Positions 46,583-56,350 of a stretch of DNA of 64,000 bases are shown piece after piece. The notes below the pieces were generated by a model. The model was given only the letters and a program-made list of their open reading frames with translations. It was not told the origin of the DNA and made no database searches. Where the stretch lies: contig CAXXYH010000004.1 in assembly GCA_963677925.2 (NCBI GenBank), positions 2,496,001-2,560,000 of the forward strand, read 5' to 3'. The stretch's first letter is position 1. Each line of letters starts with the position of its first letter. Position numbers and translations under genes: made by a program. Source of the DNA: Spirochaetia bacterium. Lineage in GTDB: Bacteria; Spirochaetota; Spirochaetia; UBA9216.

Positions 46583-48553
46583 TCAGGATCTCCCGCCGTC
46601 ATGAATAGTCCAGCCTAGCTCATTAGTAAGTTTAGCTCTGGCGGCTTCAGCCTCATCGCTGCTGTATCTGGAGCTTCCCCCATGAAAGGTCAGACCTGTC
46701 TTTGTTACCTGTTCTGCAAGACTTATCAGCAGTTTATTGTAATTCTCAGCAGAAAGTTTCGCATAATCAAGAAAATAATAAAAACTAGCCACTTTTCTGA
46801 AATCCCAGCCGCTTATATCCTGATCAAAAGCTTCCGCTCCGCTGAACATATCTCTCATATCTACAACATTTGATGTATTCCAGCTGCCAATATCCTGATT
46901 GAATGCCCTGGCTTTATAAAACATATAAGACATATCGGTTACATTTGAAGTATCCCAGCTGCCTATATCCTGATTAAAATCATTTGCATATTCGAACATT
47001 TCATTCATTTTGATTACATTTGATGTATTCCAGCCGCCTATATCCTGATTAAACTGAGTGGCACTTCCGAACATCTCAGACATATTATAAACCTTTGATG
47101 TATCCCATCCGCCTATATCCTGATTGAAATCACCGGCCATGTAGAAGACCCTATTCATTGAAGTTACATTCGATGTATCCCAGTTTCCAATATCCTGGTT
47201 AAATGTGGAATGGTTAGAGAACATCCTGCCTATGTTGGTAACATTTGAAATATCCCAGCCGCCTATATCCTGATCAAATGAATCGGCATTCAGAAACATA
47301 CAGTACATGCTCTCCGCGGCTGAAACATCCCAGCCGCTTATATCCTGATTAAAAAGATCAGCATCCATAAACATCCCGTTAAAATCTTTCACATTTGATG
47401 TGTCCCAGGCGCTTATGTCCTGATTGAAGGATGAAGCGCCGCAGAACATATAAGCCATATCGGTAGCATTGGAAGTGTTCCAGTCTCCTATGTCCTGATT
47501 AAAGGCGGATGCACCATAAAATAATCGGCTTATATCCTGCACTCTCCATATCTCCCAGTCTTCAAGTCCCTGTATCTCAGTGAGCGAATCACAGTTTTCA
47601 AATGGGTAGCTTAGTCCGTAAATATCTGTAAGATCAGGAGTATCGTAAGCGGTAATTACAAGATTTTTACAGTCGTAAAATGTTCCGGAAATATTGTAAA
47701 AACTGAAATCTCCCCATTGCTTGAGTTCAATTATTTTGGAAGATTCGGTGGGTGAGCTGAAACGCAGCCCTTTTATAATACCGGTTATCTTTACATCATA
47801 TACGCCTTCAGTATCGTATATATGAAGTTTATCAGAATCATCATAGGAGGTAATCAGGCTTGAACTGCCGTCGCCCCATTCCGCGAGGAATGTATAATTA
47901 CCATCACTGGAAAGAGGCAGTGCAATTCTAGCATCATCGTAATATCCGCCTGATTCAACATCCCAGGTAGTTATGAATTGACTGCCGCCGACAAAAACAA
48001 CACAGTAATCAAGATATGCTCCATAGGCCGAACTTGCCTGTATCAGGCCCACGCCTTCAGAGACTGCAGTAACTTTCCCGCTGTCTTCGACTGACACTAT
48101 ACTTGGGGTCTTGGATTCCCAGTTCACTGAATCATATTCAGATGAATCTGTTATTACTTCCGCAGTAAGGATATATTTTTCATTTAAACCAAGATTAATA
48201 TATTCAGAGTCAATTGAAATGCCTGATATGTCTGTTACTATTATTTCACAGCTGTCAGAAAGCTCTCCGTCAGGGGTTTCAATCCATACATATGTAACTC
48301 CTGGTTTCAATCCGGTAACAATTCCGTTCTCGTTAATGGATGCAGTCAGCGGATCATCGACAAGCCATCTTCTCTCATCGCCGGTATGCCAGTAGTCATA
48401 CTCTCCAACCCAGTTGTAAAACAGCTGCACAGATTCATCAACAGAAAGGTATATCGAATCTTCTGTAATGACTATGCCATCGGCAAATTTTCCGCATGAT
48501 AGATGAATAAAGATCAGGGGAATAAGCACGGCAGATACAAAAAACTTTTTCAA
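46583..48553 (-). CDS. BspA/DUF285 leucine-rich-repeat surface lipoprotein with two Ig-like and one PKD-like domain
   Basis: Lipobox IHLSC; FITTW..EWGDG; FNQDIG.WDTSNV..M..MF repeats. Confidence 0.9.
   Translation of the reverse strand: MKKFFVSAVLIPLIFIHLSCGKFADGIVITEDSIYLSVDESVQLFYNWVGEYDYWHTGDERRWLVDDPLTASINENGIVTGLKPGVTYVWIETPDGELSDSCEIIVTDISGISIDSEYINLGLNEKYILTAEVITDSSEYDSVNWESKTPSIVSVEDSGKVTAVSEGVGLIQASSAYGAYLDYCVVFVGGSQFITTWDVESGGYYDDARIALPLSSDGNYTFLAEWGDGSSSLITSYDDSDKLHIYDTEGVYDVKITGIIKGLRFSSPTESSKIIELKQWGDFSFYNISGTFYDCKNLVITAYDTPDLTDIYGLSYPFENCDSLTEIQGLEDWEIWRVQDISRLFYGASAFNQDIGDWNTSNATDMAYMFCGASSFNQDISAWDTSNVKDFNGMFMDADLFNQDISGWDVSAAESMYCMFLNADSFDQDIGGWDISNVTNIGRMFSNHSTFNQDIGNWDTSNVTSMNRVFYMAGDFNQDIGGWDTSKVYNMSEMFGSATQFNQDIGGWNTSNVIKMNEMFEYANDFNQDIGSWDTSNVTDMSYMFYKARAFNQDIGSWNTSNVVDMRDMFSGAEAFDQDISGWDFRKVASFYYFLDYAKLSAENYNKLLISLAEQVTKTGLTFHGGSSRYSSDEAEAARAKLTNELGWTIHDGGRS
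46805..47554 (-). repeat. ten tandem 75-bp (25-aa) BspA/DUF285 repeats
   Basis: Recurring atcctgatt/cccagc every 75 bp; 750 bp in total. Confidence 0.9.
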
Positions 48554-48598
48554 TTTCTCACCTTTTTAGATTATGAGGTGATTATATAAACAAAAAAA

Positions 48599-49132
48599 TT
48601 ACACGTCAATTATATTCTTTTTGAACTTGAGCAGCAGGTCTGCCAGTATCATCACCAAACCTGCCAGCTCTACGGCATGAATATGCCGGATATAAATATA
48701 ATTTGCCCTCATCAGTACAAACAGCATCAGTACAATTATTCCGGCAATCGACAGCATGGAATGAACCACGGCGTTTCTGTTCTTAATAAAAATGAAAAGA
48801 ATCAGGATTATAAAGATTATAGCCACCGTAAGAATTACTGAGAAATATACAATATACCTGTACTCAAAAAGATGAAACCGGTAGGAAATATAGCGCCATA
48901 TCATTGCCAGAAGGATTTGGACATCAAGCTGTTTATTGACCCCGAGCAGAAAGAGGAAGGATGTAATAACTGTCCATAATCTGAAGTTGCCGCGCTCTTT
49001 GCGGATCTTAATAGTAAACAGCAGTGCTGAAATAAAAGTTACAATGTACATGAATGTGATGATCCATGACCAGAAGGTTGTGTCTCCGTTTCTGGAAAAC
49101 CAGACGGCAAGAAAGTGTATTATTTTATCGAT
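48599..49132 (-). CDS. integral membrane protein (LGVNKQLD motif), start uncertain (ATC 49132 or ATG 49051)
   Basis: Hydrophobic ORF; frame open upstream of the ATG to an ATC preceded by a GAGGT SD. Confidence 0.65.
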   Translation of the reverse strand: MDKIIHFLAVWFSRNGDTTFWSWIITFMYIVTFISALLFTIKIRKERGNFRLWTVITSFLFLLGVNKQLDVQILLAMIWRYISYRFHLFEYRYIVYFSVILTVAIIFIILILFIFIKNRNAVVHSMLSIAGIIVLMLFVLMRANYIYIRHIHAVELAGLVMILADLLLKFKKNIIDV

Positions 49133-49146
49133 AAAGCAAAAACCTC

Positions 49147-50367
49147 TTATGTGGGAATATTCAATTTCAGCTTTTCCCGCTGCAGATAATCGACTGCATT
49201 CACAAACTTGTATGAGCAGAACCGCCGTTTTTTGTCTGATACCGTATAGAGTATTCCCTTATGATAAAAATCAAGGACTTCTTTATTCTGTACATTGATT
49301 CCGCTTATTTCATTCAGTGGTGCTCTCAGCACCTCACTGCCCTTAGCATCCTTCATTACCAGAGCATCAGAGTAGAGGTTAAGGCTTCCTGATGAAAACT
49401 GTTTTAATCTTCGGCTTTTATAGCCTGTCTGGAATACCGCATTCTCTCCTTTAAGAAGGAGTTTATCAGTTCCGTAGTCCCGATCAAGTCTGTCTTTTAG
49501 GTGATCAAGCTGCCATTTGTTCCAGTCGCGGAGGTTGTCAAAGCCCTTTTGCCTGTTTACAGGGCTGATTACCTGATAATCATCAATGTGCCACTTATTT
49601 CCGCAGCTGGAGCATGTGAAATCAGGACCCTCAGAGATGAAGCCTGAGGTCTCCCCGCATTCTGGACAGCAGAACAGGAACTGTTCAATATTTTCAGCAT
49701 AACGGTTGCCGGTGAATCTGATTTTTGCTTCTTTCTGATATTCAATTTCATCATGATCTAGTGCTTCTGTCAGTGCGGAGTGTATATCCGATATTTTCAT
49801 TGAGGCGCATTCTTCACCGTCGAAAAGCAGCCGATATTCAACCCTGAGCTTTCCCTTTCTGATAGACATCCCCCAGCGCGGCTGGCTGAAAAATCCGCCC
49901 TTAAAAATTGCAACCACCACCGGCATTTTCAGCATGCGTACAAGCTTTGATGTTGATTTAATAACCGGAAGGGTACATCCGTCCCAGGTTCTCTGACCCT
50001 CGGGGAATATTCCTATGGAGCCGCCCCTCTCTTTTATCTCAAAAATATTTTTAAGCGCGTCAATATCAGATTGAGCTTTAGTTTTAGGGACTGCTCCCAT
50101 GAACTTCAGAAGAAATCCGAAAAGTCTTGAGCGGAATACAGCATCTGAAGTAATATAAAAAATTGAACCCTTAAGGTACATTCCAGCAATGAATGGATCC
50201 CAGAAACCCTGATGATTTGCTAAAAGAAGGTAGGGCGGTTTTAATTCTGCAATTTCTCGGGGCATGGATATTTCGATGTTTAACAGTTTTCCAAGTATCC
50301 GCTTCAGCGCAAATCTAATCACAGCTTCTACACCATGATACGAGTTTATCCTGCGTTTGGAACCCAT
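49147..50367 (-). CDS. lysophospholipid acyltransferase family protein (PlsC-like) with C-terminal Zn-ribbon extension
   Basis: NHQGFWD (NHxxxxD) and IFPEG motifs; CPEC...CSSC. Confidence 0.88.
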   Translation of the reverse strand: MGSKRRINSYHGVEAVIRFALKRILGKLLNIEISMPREIAELKPPYLLLANHQGFWDPFIAGMYLKGSIFYITSDAVFRSRLFGFLLKFMGAVPKTKAQSDIDALKNIFEIKERGGSIGIFPEGQRTWDGCTLPVIKSTSKLVRMLKMPVVVAIFKGGFFSQPRWGMSIRKGKLRVEYRLLFDGEECASMKISDIHSALTEALDHDEIEYQKEAKIRFTGNRYAENIEQFLFCCPECGETSGFISEGPDFTCSSCGNKWHIDDYQVISPVNRQKGFDNLRDWNKWQLDHLKDRLDRDYGTDKLLLKGENAVFQTGYKSRRLKQFSSGSLNLYSDALVMKDAKGSEVLRAPLNEISGINVQNKEVLDFYHKGILYTVSDKKRRFCSYKFVNAVDYLQREKLKLNIPT

Positions 50368-50458
50368 AGATTATCTCCTGTCTAAGAACATAGTTGCATT
50401 AATTTGAAAACCCTACAATAATTATAGTGAAATTACTTTATAGCGAAAGAGGCATTTA

Positions 50459-51889
50459 ATGAATTATCAGTGGTCTATATTCATAAATCTCGGCATCATT
50501 TCCTGCGGACTTCTTCTTGCAACAGTAATCCGTGCGAAAGTCCGTTTCTTTCAGCGGTTCCTTATTCCTAATTCACTGCTTGCAGGCTTTATCCTGCTGC
50601 CCCTGTATAACTTCGTTTTTCCAAGGCTTGGGATTTCCTCTGTCGATCTCGGTGAGCTTGCATATCATCTTTTAAGCCTATCTTTTGTTGCTCTTTCGCT
50701 TAAAGCCCTCCCGAGAAAGAAACCCGGAAAGGGAAGAATATTCGGTACAACGCTCTCAATACTTTTTCAGTTCGGTGTTCAGGGCTTTATCGGCCTGATT
50801 CTGACCTTTGTATTTATTAAAACCCTTTATCCGAATCTTTTTCACAGCTTCGGATATCTCCTGCCGCTTGGTTATGCACAGGGGCCTGGACAGGCGTATT
50901 CAATAGGTTCAAGCTGGTCGTCCTTCGGTGTTGAAGGGGCAGGAAGCATCGGCCTTACTTTTGCAGCACTTGGATTTATAATCTGCAGTTTCGGCGGTAT
51001 ATTCATCATCCATTACGGAATAAAGAATAGATGGATATCCAAAGAAGAAATAAAATTCTTTAAAAAGAAAAGCGTCTTAAGCGGAATAATTCCCAAAGGA
51101 GAGGATCTGCAGCCCGGTTCCTACCAGACAACAGAAACAGAGGCTATCGATACGCTTACAATAAACAGTATTATTGTGATTCTGGGTTATTTTATGGCTT
51201 ATCTTGTATTAACGGGCCTGGACTTTCTTCTGAGTTTTATAGGTCCGGCAGGGGAGCAGCTTGCAGAAACTTTCTGGGGACTCAGTTTTATCTTTGCTGC
51301 GATGATGGGCCTTCTTCTTAGACAGATTCTTAAGGTTACAGATAATCAGCATATTATTGATAATCTTACAATGAACAGATTGACAGGATTGTTTGTTGAT
51401 CTGATGGTGGCAAGTGCAATAGCAGCCATTTCAATTGTTGTAATTAAAAACTTCTGGCTTCCTATTCTGACAATCGCTATTGTGGGCGGCCTTGTGACTG
51501 CATTCACCACCTTCTGGTACTCATCCAGAGTTTTTACGGATCATCGTTTCCTCCGCAGTCTGCTGGTCTTCGGGGTTTCAACAGGAACGTTGTCGACAGG
51601 GCTTGCATTGCTCAGAGTCGTTGATCCGGATTTCGAATCTCCAGTTGCTACAGACTATACATATTCAGCCGGTATAACCTTTGCTCTGGCTATTCCATAT
51701 GTACTTACAATGAACCTTCCTCTGCATACATATACCAGCGGTGATTACAAGTGGTTCTGGATGGCAGTGCTGATAAATGTAGCCTACCTGATTTTTACGG
51801 GTATATTCTTTATAAAGTTTGCCGGAAAAAAGACTTTTAAACATAAGTCCAGCATCTGGTATCCTGAAGAGGTTTCTGCTTCGGAGTAA
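50459..51889 (+). CDS. sodium:glutamate symporter (GltS/ESS family)
   Basis: FLIPNSLLAG, GYAQGPGQA and GVSTGTLSTGLALLRVVDP motifs. Confidence 0.88.
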   Translation: MNYQWSIFINLGIISCGLLLATVIRAKVRFFQRFLIPNSLLAGFILLPLYNFVFPRLGISSVDLGELAYHLLSLSFVALSLKALPRKKPGKGRIFGTTLSILFQFGVQGFIGLILTFVFIKTLYPNLFHSFGYLLPLGYAQGPGQAYSIGSSWSSFGVEGAGSIGLTFAALGFIICSFGGIFIIHYGIKNRWISKEEIKFFKKKSVLSGIIPKGEDLQPGSYQTTETEAIDTLTINSIIVILGYFMAYLVLTGLDFLLSFIGPAGEQLAETFWGLSFIFAAMMGLLLRQILKVTDNQHIIDNLTMNRLTGLFVDLMVASAIAAISIVVIKNFWLPILTIAIVGGLVTAFTTFWYSSRVFTDHRFLRSLLVFGVSTGTLSTGLALLRVVDPDFESPVATDYTYSAGITFALAIPYVLTMNLPLHTYTSGDYKWFWMAVLINVAYLIFTGIFFIKFAGKKTFKHKSSIWYPEEVSASE

Positions 51890-51895
51890 TATAAA

Positions 51896-52651
51896 ATGAT
51901 ATTTAAAGAATTCGGTCCAGGCGGAAAGCCGGTCATTCTGATGTTTCACGGGGGTGGATTATCCTGGTGGTCTCTTAAGCCTCTAATCAGAAATCTTGAA
52001 TCAGATTACCGTATAATTACCGCTGTAATTGACGGTCACGGAGAGAACAGCAGTGAAACCTTTATAAGTATTGAGGATTCCGCTTTACGCGCAGTGGAAT
52101 ACATCGATACAACCGAAGGCGGAAAGATTTTCTGTATATGCGGTCTGTCTATCGGTGCTCAGATTGCAGTTGAAATTCTTTCATTAAAAGCTGATATATG
52201 TGAATATGCTGTAATTGAAAGTGCCCTGTTATATCCGATAAAATTTCTTAAGACTCTCCTTATACCTATGGTTTCAATATCATATCCCCTGATAAAGAAA
52301 AAATGGTATGCACGGCTTCAGTCCAAATCTTTATTTGTTCCGGACGATATGTTTGAAACATATTTTGAAGACAGCAGCAGGATGTCGAAAGCTTCTCTTC
52401 TGAATATTACGCTCAGTAACGGAACCTACAGTATTAAGCCCGGACTTACAGAAACAAAAGCCCGTATACTGATAATTGCCGGGGGCAACGAAATACCCCT
52501 TATGAGAAAATCAGCACAAAGGCTTAATGATCTTTTGCCTGAACAAAGCAGACTTAAGATTATGGAAGGGCTGAAACACGGTGAATTAAGTCTTATGAAC
52601 CCCGAAGTCTACTGCAGCCTGATAAGGAATCTTTTCTCAGGCAAGGCTTGA
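51896..52651 (+). CDS. alpha/beta hydrolase
   Basis: HGGG, GHG, GLSIG nucleophile elbow, C-terminal HGE. Confidence 0.88.
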   Translation: MIFKEFGPGGKPVILMFHGGGLSWWSLKPLIRNLESDYRIITAVIDGHGENSSETFISIEDSALRAVEYIDTTEGGKIFCICGLSIGAQIAVEILSLKADICEYAVIESALLYPIKFLKTLLIPMVSISYPLIKKKWYARLQSKSLFVPDDMFETYFEDSSRMSKASLLNITLSNGTYSIKPGLTETKARILIIAGGNEIPLMRKSAQRLNDLLPEQSRLKIMEGLKHGELSLMNPEVYCSLIRNLFSGKA

Positions 52652-52652
52652 A

Positions 52653-53006
52653 TTATCCGAAAACTTTCAGAGCTTCTTCAATATTTTCTGTGAAAATTAC
52701 CTGTCCGGTTCGATTGCTTTCATATATAAAATCCCTGAGGCTTTTGCTTGAGGCAGAATATTCGTTTAAATCCCCGATTATTCCGAGTCTGAAGTTGTAG
52801 TTGCTCACCTTCTGAAGAACTTCACCGGCAAACCTGCTTGATAGATTAAAGAACTCCGGATTAACTGAACTCTTATGCAGGAGAACAGTTCTTGACGATG
52901 CATTGGCAATTACATCAAGGATATCTGATGTATCTTCAAGCTTATATGAGTTTTCAATCAGTTCTGATATCTTACCTGATTTTGTTTCATGAAATTTAAA
53001 ATTCAT
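52653..53006 (-). CDS. DUF4180-domain protein
   Basis: FFNLSSRFAGEVLQK..NY..LGIIGD..SKSLRDFIYESN. Confidence 0.88.
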   Translation of the reverse strand: MNFKFHETKSGKISELIENSYKLEDTSDILDVIANASSRTVLLHKSSVNPEFFNLSSRFAGEVLQKVSNYNFRLGIIGDLNEYSASSKSLRDFIYESNRTGQVIFTENIEEALKVFG

Positions 53007-53010
53007 ACCT

Positions 53011-53057
53011 GCTCCTTATGTTACCTTTTAAAGTAATTAAAAGTAACATAAGGGAGC
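53011..53057. promoter_or_regulatory. long inverted repeat covering the SD of the DUF4180 gene
   Basis: GCTCCTTATGTTAC-CTTTTAA...TTAAAA-GTAACATAAGGGAGC. Confidence 0.6.
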
Positions 53058-53073
53058 TATAAGGATCAATAAC

Positions 53074-54246
53074 TTAGAATATAATTCCCTTTGAAAAAGG
53101 TGCTTTTTTTACTGCTATTGCATCGGCAGGGCAAACCTCATGACAGCAGAAGCAGCGGATGCACTTGCTGTAATCAATATTCACCATGTTTTTAAATTTC
53201 GGCTGTATTCCGGCCGTCTCCTTTAGTTCAAGAGCCTTTGCCGGGCAGATCTTGACACATTCTCCGCATCTGATACAGGTCTTTTCCCTGAACACCGGCC
53301 GGGGAGTCATTGAGCTCATTATATTTCTTATAAAGGAGGGTGTGAGGAATTCAATCAGCTGGCTTGTGCTGCCGGTAAGTTTAATTTTCTTAAAGTCCGG
53401 AATTCTGACATCATCGATATTACAGCCTTTAACTGTCAGGTCATTTGTTGATTCAAGCCATAAACCCCTGTCAATAGCCTCCCTGTTTACAGGAATAATA
53501 TCGGGATCATAGCCGACAATCCTGCAAGCGGTGATATCAAGCGCCAGAAGATTTGATGAAGCAAGTATCAGCCCCACATTCCGCGGATAACCGTTGCCCG
53601 GCCCTGGACCTTCCATTGCAGTTATACCGTCCATAAAGGCATAATCAGGATTGACGGTCTGGTGCAGATCTACAAGCATTTTTGCAAATCCGGCGCGGCC
53701 GGGAAACATCATGTGGTAGGGGCTTTTAGTCAGACCGGGAAGAACTCCGAACTGGTTTTTTATTGCACCGGTAAAATACATCAGCTGATGTGTCTTCATC
53801 TTGGGAAGGCTTATTATTTTATCAACCTTGTCTACTATATCGCTTAGAACAAACTGATTTACTGCCCGTCCTTCCGGAATCTTTCTTACAACTGTGGCAG
53901 CTGTAAAGTCATACCACTCGGCGCCTTCTTCGTCACAGATATCCCATAGGCCGCATTTTTTTCCTTTGAATCCGGGTTTCTGAAATCCCGGAGAATCTCC
54001 GACATATATTTTTTTTGCGCCAAGTTCCTTGATTAGCCTGATAACAGCTCTCAGGAATTCCGGATGCGTTGTGATGGCTTTTGATGTCTCTGAATCTGAA
54101 AGGACATTGGGTTTAAGAAGAACGGTTTGTCCTGATACATCAAGAACCTCTGTGCCCCCGGATAATTCGAAGGCTTCCCTGATTACTCCGTAGATCAGAT
54201 CGGCGTCATATTTTGTACATTGTAATACTGCAACTGTCTTATTCAT
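53074..54246 (-). CDS. DUF362-domain protein with C-terminal 2x4Fe-4S
   Basis: VLLKPN, TTHP, VGDSPG, LPKMKTH, MEGPGP; CIRCGECVKICP and CIRCFCCHEVCP. Confidence 0.9.
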   Translation of the reverse strand: MNKTVAVLQCTKYDADLIYGVIREAFELSGGTEVLDVSGQTVLLKPNVLSDSETSKAITTHPEFLRAVIRLIKELGAKKIYVGDSPGFQKPGFKGKKCGLWDICDEEGAEWYDFTAATVVRKIPEGRAVNQFVLSDIVDKVDKIISLPKMKTHQLMYFTGAIKNQFGVLPGLTKSPYHMMFPGRAGFAKMLVDLHQTVNPDYAFMDGITAMEGPGPGNGYPRNVGLILASSNLLALDITACRIVGYDPDIIPVNREAIDRGLWLESTNDLTVKGCNIDDVRIPDFKKIKLTGSTSQLIEFLTPSFIRNIMSSMTPRPVFREKTCIRCGECVKICPAKALELKETAGIQPKFKNMVNIDYSKCIRCFCCHEVCPADAIAVKKAPFSKGIIF

Positions 54247-54287
54247 GCCGAAATAATATCAGAAAGCTCCAGTATTGAACAGAAAAA

Positions 54288-55088
54288 TTATAAGGTGCTG
54301 TCCTGCTTTTTAACCAGTGCTGCCATAAAGATAGGTCCGAAACCGGAATTCCTGTCGGGAAGGATATGTTTTCCAAACTCTGTCGTTTCGGCATCAAGCT
54401 CCAGCTCCGGAGGAATATCTGCTGAAACAACTTCCACAATGGATGAACGTTTTTTCAGAAGTTTCTCAATTACACCGTCGTTTTCAAGCGGAGAAAGGGC
54501 GCATGTACTGTAAATAAGCCTTCCTCCAGGCTTTAAGGCCTGGACCGCAGAAGCAAGCATGGCATGTGCCTGAACTGCAAGCTGTTTTGATCTGTTCGGT
54601 GTCCATTTACCAAGGTGGGCTGGAGAGTTTAGGACATGGGCTTCGGATGAGCAGGGCGCATCCAGCAGTATCCTGTCATATACATCCTGTTCAAAAAGTC
54701 CCCATTTTGTAGAATCATGGCCGGTTACGTTTATATTGCTTCTCCAGTCTGCAGGAAGATGTTTTTCTATAACATCCTTGAGCCTTCTGCGCCGGTCAGA
54801 GGAGCGATCGTTTGATACAAGCAGTCCGGTTCCTTTTAAGGCAAGTGCTATTACAAGTGTTTTGCCTCCGGGGGCTGCACACATATCAAGAACAGTATCC
54901 TCCTCTTGTATACCGAGGGCGAAAGCGGCAGCAGCGGAGGCTTTATCAAGAAAGTAGGGCTGTAGAAGTCCATCGGATAGGGAAAAGCCGGAAGAGCCTT
55001 CAGTCAATGCAGATTTAAGTGCCGGCCAGCGGACTGAGTATAATGATTCATAGTAGTCATCGAATGTAATCTTTTTTTTTGAAGCCAT
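54288..55088 (-). CDS. RsmB/NOP-family m5C RNA methyltransferase
   Basis: LDMCAAPGGKT, LLDAPCS and YSTC..ENDGV motifs. Confidence 0.92.
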   Translation of the reverse strand: MASKKKITFDDYYESLYSVRWPALKSALTEGSSGFSLSDGLLQPYFLDKASAAAAFALGIQEEDTVLDMCAAPGGKTLVIALALKGTGLLVSNDRSSDRRRRLKDVIEKHLPADWRSNINVTGHDSTKWGLFEQDVYDRILLDAPCSSEAHVLNSPAHLGKWTPNRSKQLAVQAHAMLASAVQALKPGGRLIYSTCALSPLENDGVIEKLLKKRSSIVEVVSADIPPELELDAETTEFGKHILPDRNSGFGPIFMAALVKKQDSTL

Positions 55089-55232
55089 ATTTAATTCTAT
55101 TTTAACAGTTATAATTTATAGAATCGATATAATTGTTAAAATTACTTTGTATACTGAATAAAAATCGCTCTGATGAGTATCATTCTATGCAGAACATTGT
55201 GTTTAATAATATTATCAATACAGGAAGTTAAC

Positions 55233-56318
55233 GTGGTAGAAGATTTCAACCTGAACAAATATCTCTCAAACGGCGTAAGGGAACTTGTCGGTTCCGCCCT
55301 GAAGGCCAGTATAATAAACCCCTCGCAGATAGCCTTCCTTACCGGCTTTGCAGCAGCCTCAAAACAAGCCGCTGCCAAAAGAGAGAAGGCTGAAAATGAG
55401 GGGATACACATACCGCCCTTTCTCATTGCAAGCATTACATCAAGCTGCAACCTCAGATGTGCAGGCTGCTATGCCAGAGAAAACCAATCATGTGCTGATG
55501 AGGCAAAGACTGATGATTTATCACCGGATGACTGGCAGGATATTTTCCTGCAGGCAGAGAAGGCTGGCATAAGCTTTATTCTTCTGGCAGGCGGTGAACC
55601 TCTGATCCGCAGAGATATAATTAAAAAAGCCGCAGCAAATAAAAAGATGATTTTTCCCGTTTTTACTAATGGGACTCTTATTGATGAGGAGTATATAGAA
55701 CTGTTTCGAAAAAACAGAAATATTATACCTGTTCTGAGTCTTGAAGGTTCAGCCGATGCGACAGATCATCGTCGGGGGGCGGGCGTATATGAAAAAGTGT
55801 TTAAAGCCATGGAAAAACTGGATAAAAGCGGAATTTTCTTCGGAACCTCACTTACCGTTACAAAAAAGAATTTGAGAGATATTACCGATGATATTTTCGC
55901 ACAGAAACTCAAATCTGCCGGATGCAGTCTTACATTTTATGTGGAGTATGTTCCTGCTGCAGGCAAAGATGACAGCCTTGAGCTGAGTGATGAAGAGCGG
56001 GTTATGCTTGAGTACAGAGTAAATTCGCTTAGAACAGATCTTTCAGGGATGATGTTTGTGAGCTTCCCGGGTGATGAAAAAGCTACAGGCGGCTGTCTGG
56101 CGGCAGGCAGGGGGTTTTTTCATATCAACTCAAGAGGCGGGGCTGAACCCTGTCCGTTTTCGCCTTTCTCGGATACCAATGTACTGCAGACAGGACTTAC
56201 AGGAGCTCTTGAATCACCCCTGTTTACAAGGATACGTGACGGCGGACTGCTTACACAGGAGCACAGCGGGGGCTGTACACTTTTCGCTCTTGAAGATTCT
56301 GTCAGAGCATTGCAGTAG
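55233..56318 (+). CDS. radical SAM protein with partial SPASM/twitch tail
   Basis: CNLRCAGC, GGEP, FTNGT; GCLAAGRGFFHIN..G..EPCPF...GGC. Confidence 0.88.
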   Translation: MVEDFNLNKYLSNGVRELVGSALKASIINPSQIAFLTGFAAASKQAAAKREKAENEGIHIPPFLIASITSSCNLRCAGCYARENQSCADEAKTDDLSPDDWQDIFLQAEKAGISFILLAGGEPLIRRDIIKKAAANKKMIFPVFTNGTLIDEEYIELFRKNRNIIPVLSLEGSADATDHRRGAGVYEKVFKAMEKLDKSGIFFGTSLTVTKKNLRDITDDIFAQKLKSAGCSLTFYVEYVPAAGKDDSLELSDEERVMLEYRVNSLRTDLSGMMFVSFPGDEKATGGCLAAGRGFFHINSRGGAEPCPFSPFSDTNVLQTGLTGALESPLFTRIRDGGLLTQEHSGGCTLFALEDSVRALQ

Positions 56319-56350
56319 TCTCATGCTTTAACATTTGATATTATACCGGC

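Noticed and set aside
46805-47554. Periodic repeats resembling a CRISPR array or DGR target
   Set aside because: In-frame 75-bp coding repeats that are degenerate at synonymous sites; no cas or reverse transcriptase genes in the window.
55233-56318. Radical SAM as maturase of the Nif11-like peptide
   Set aside because: About 33 kb away, with no RRE/PqqD domain and no full SPASM motif; no evidence of a link.
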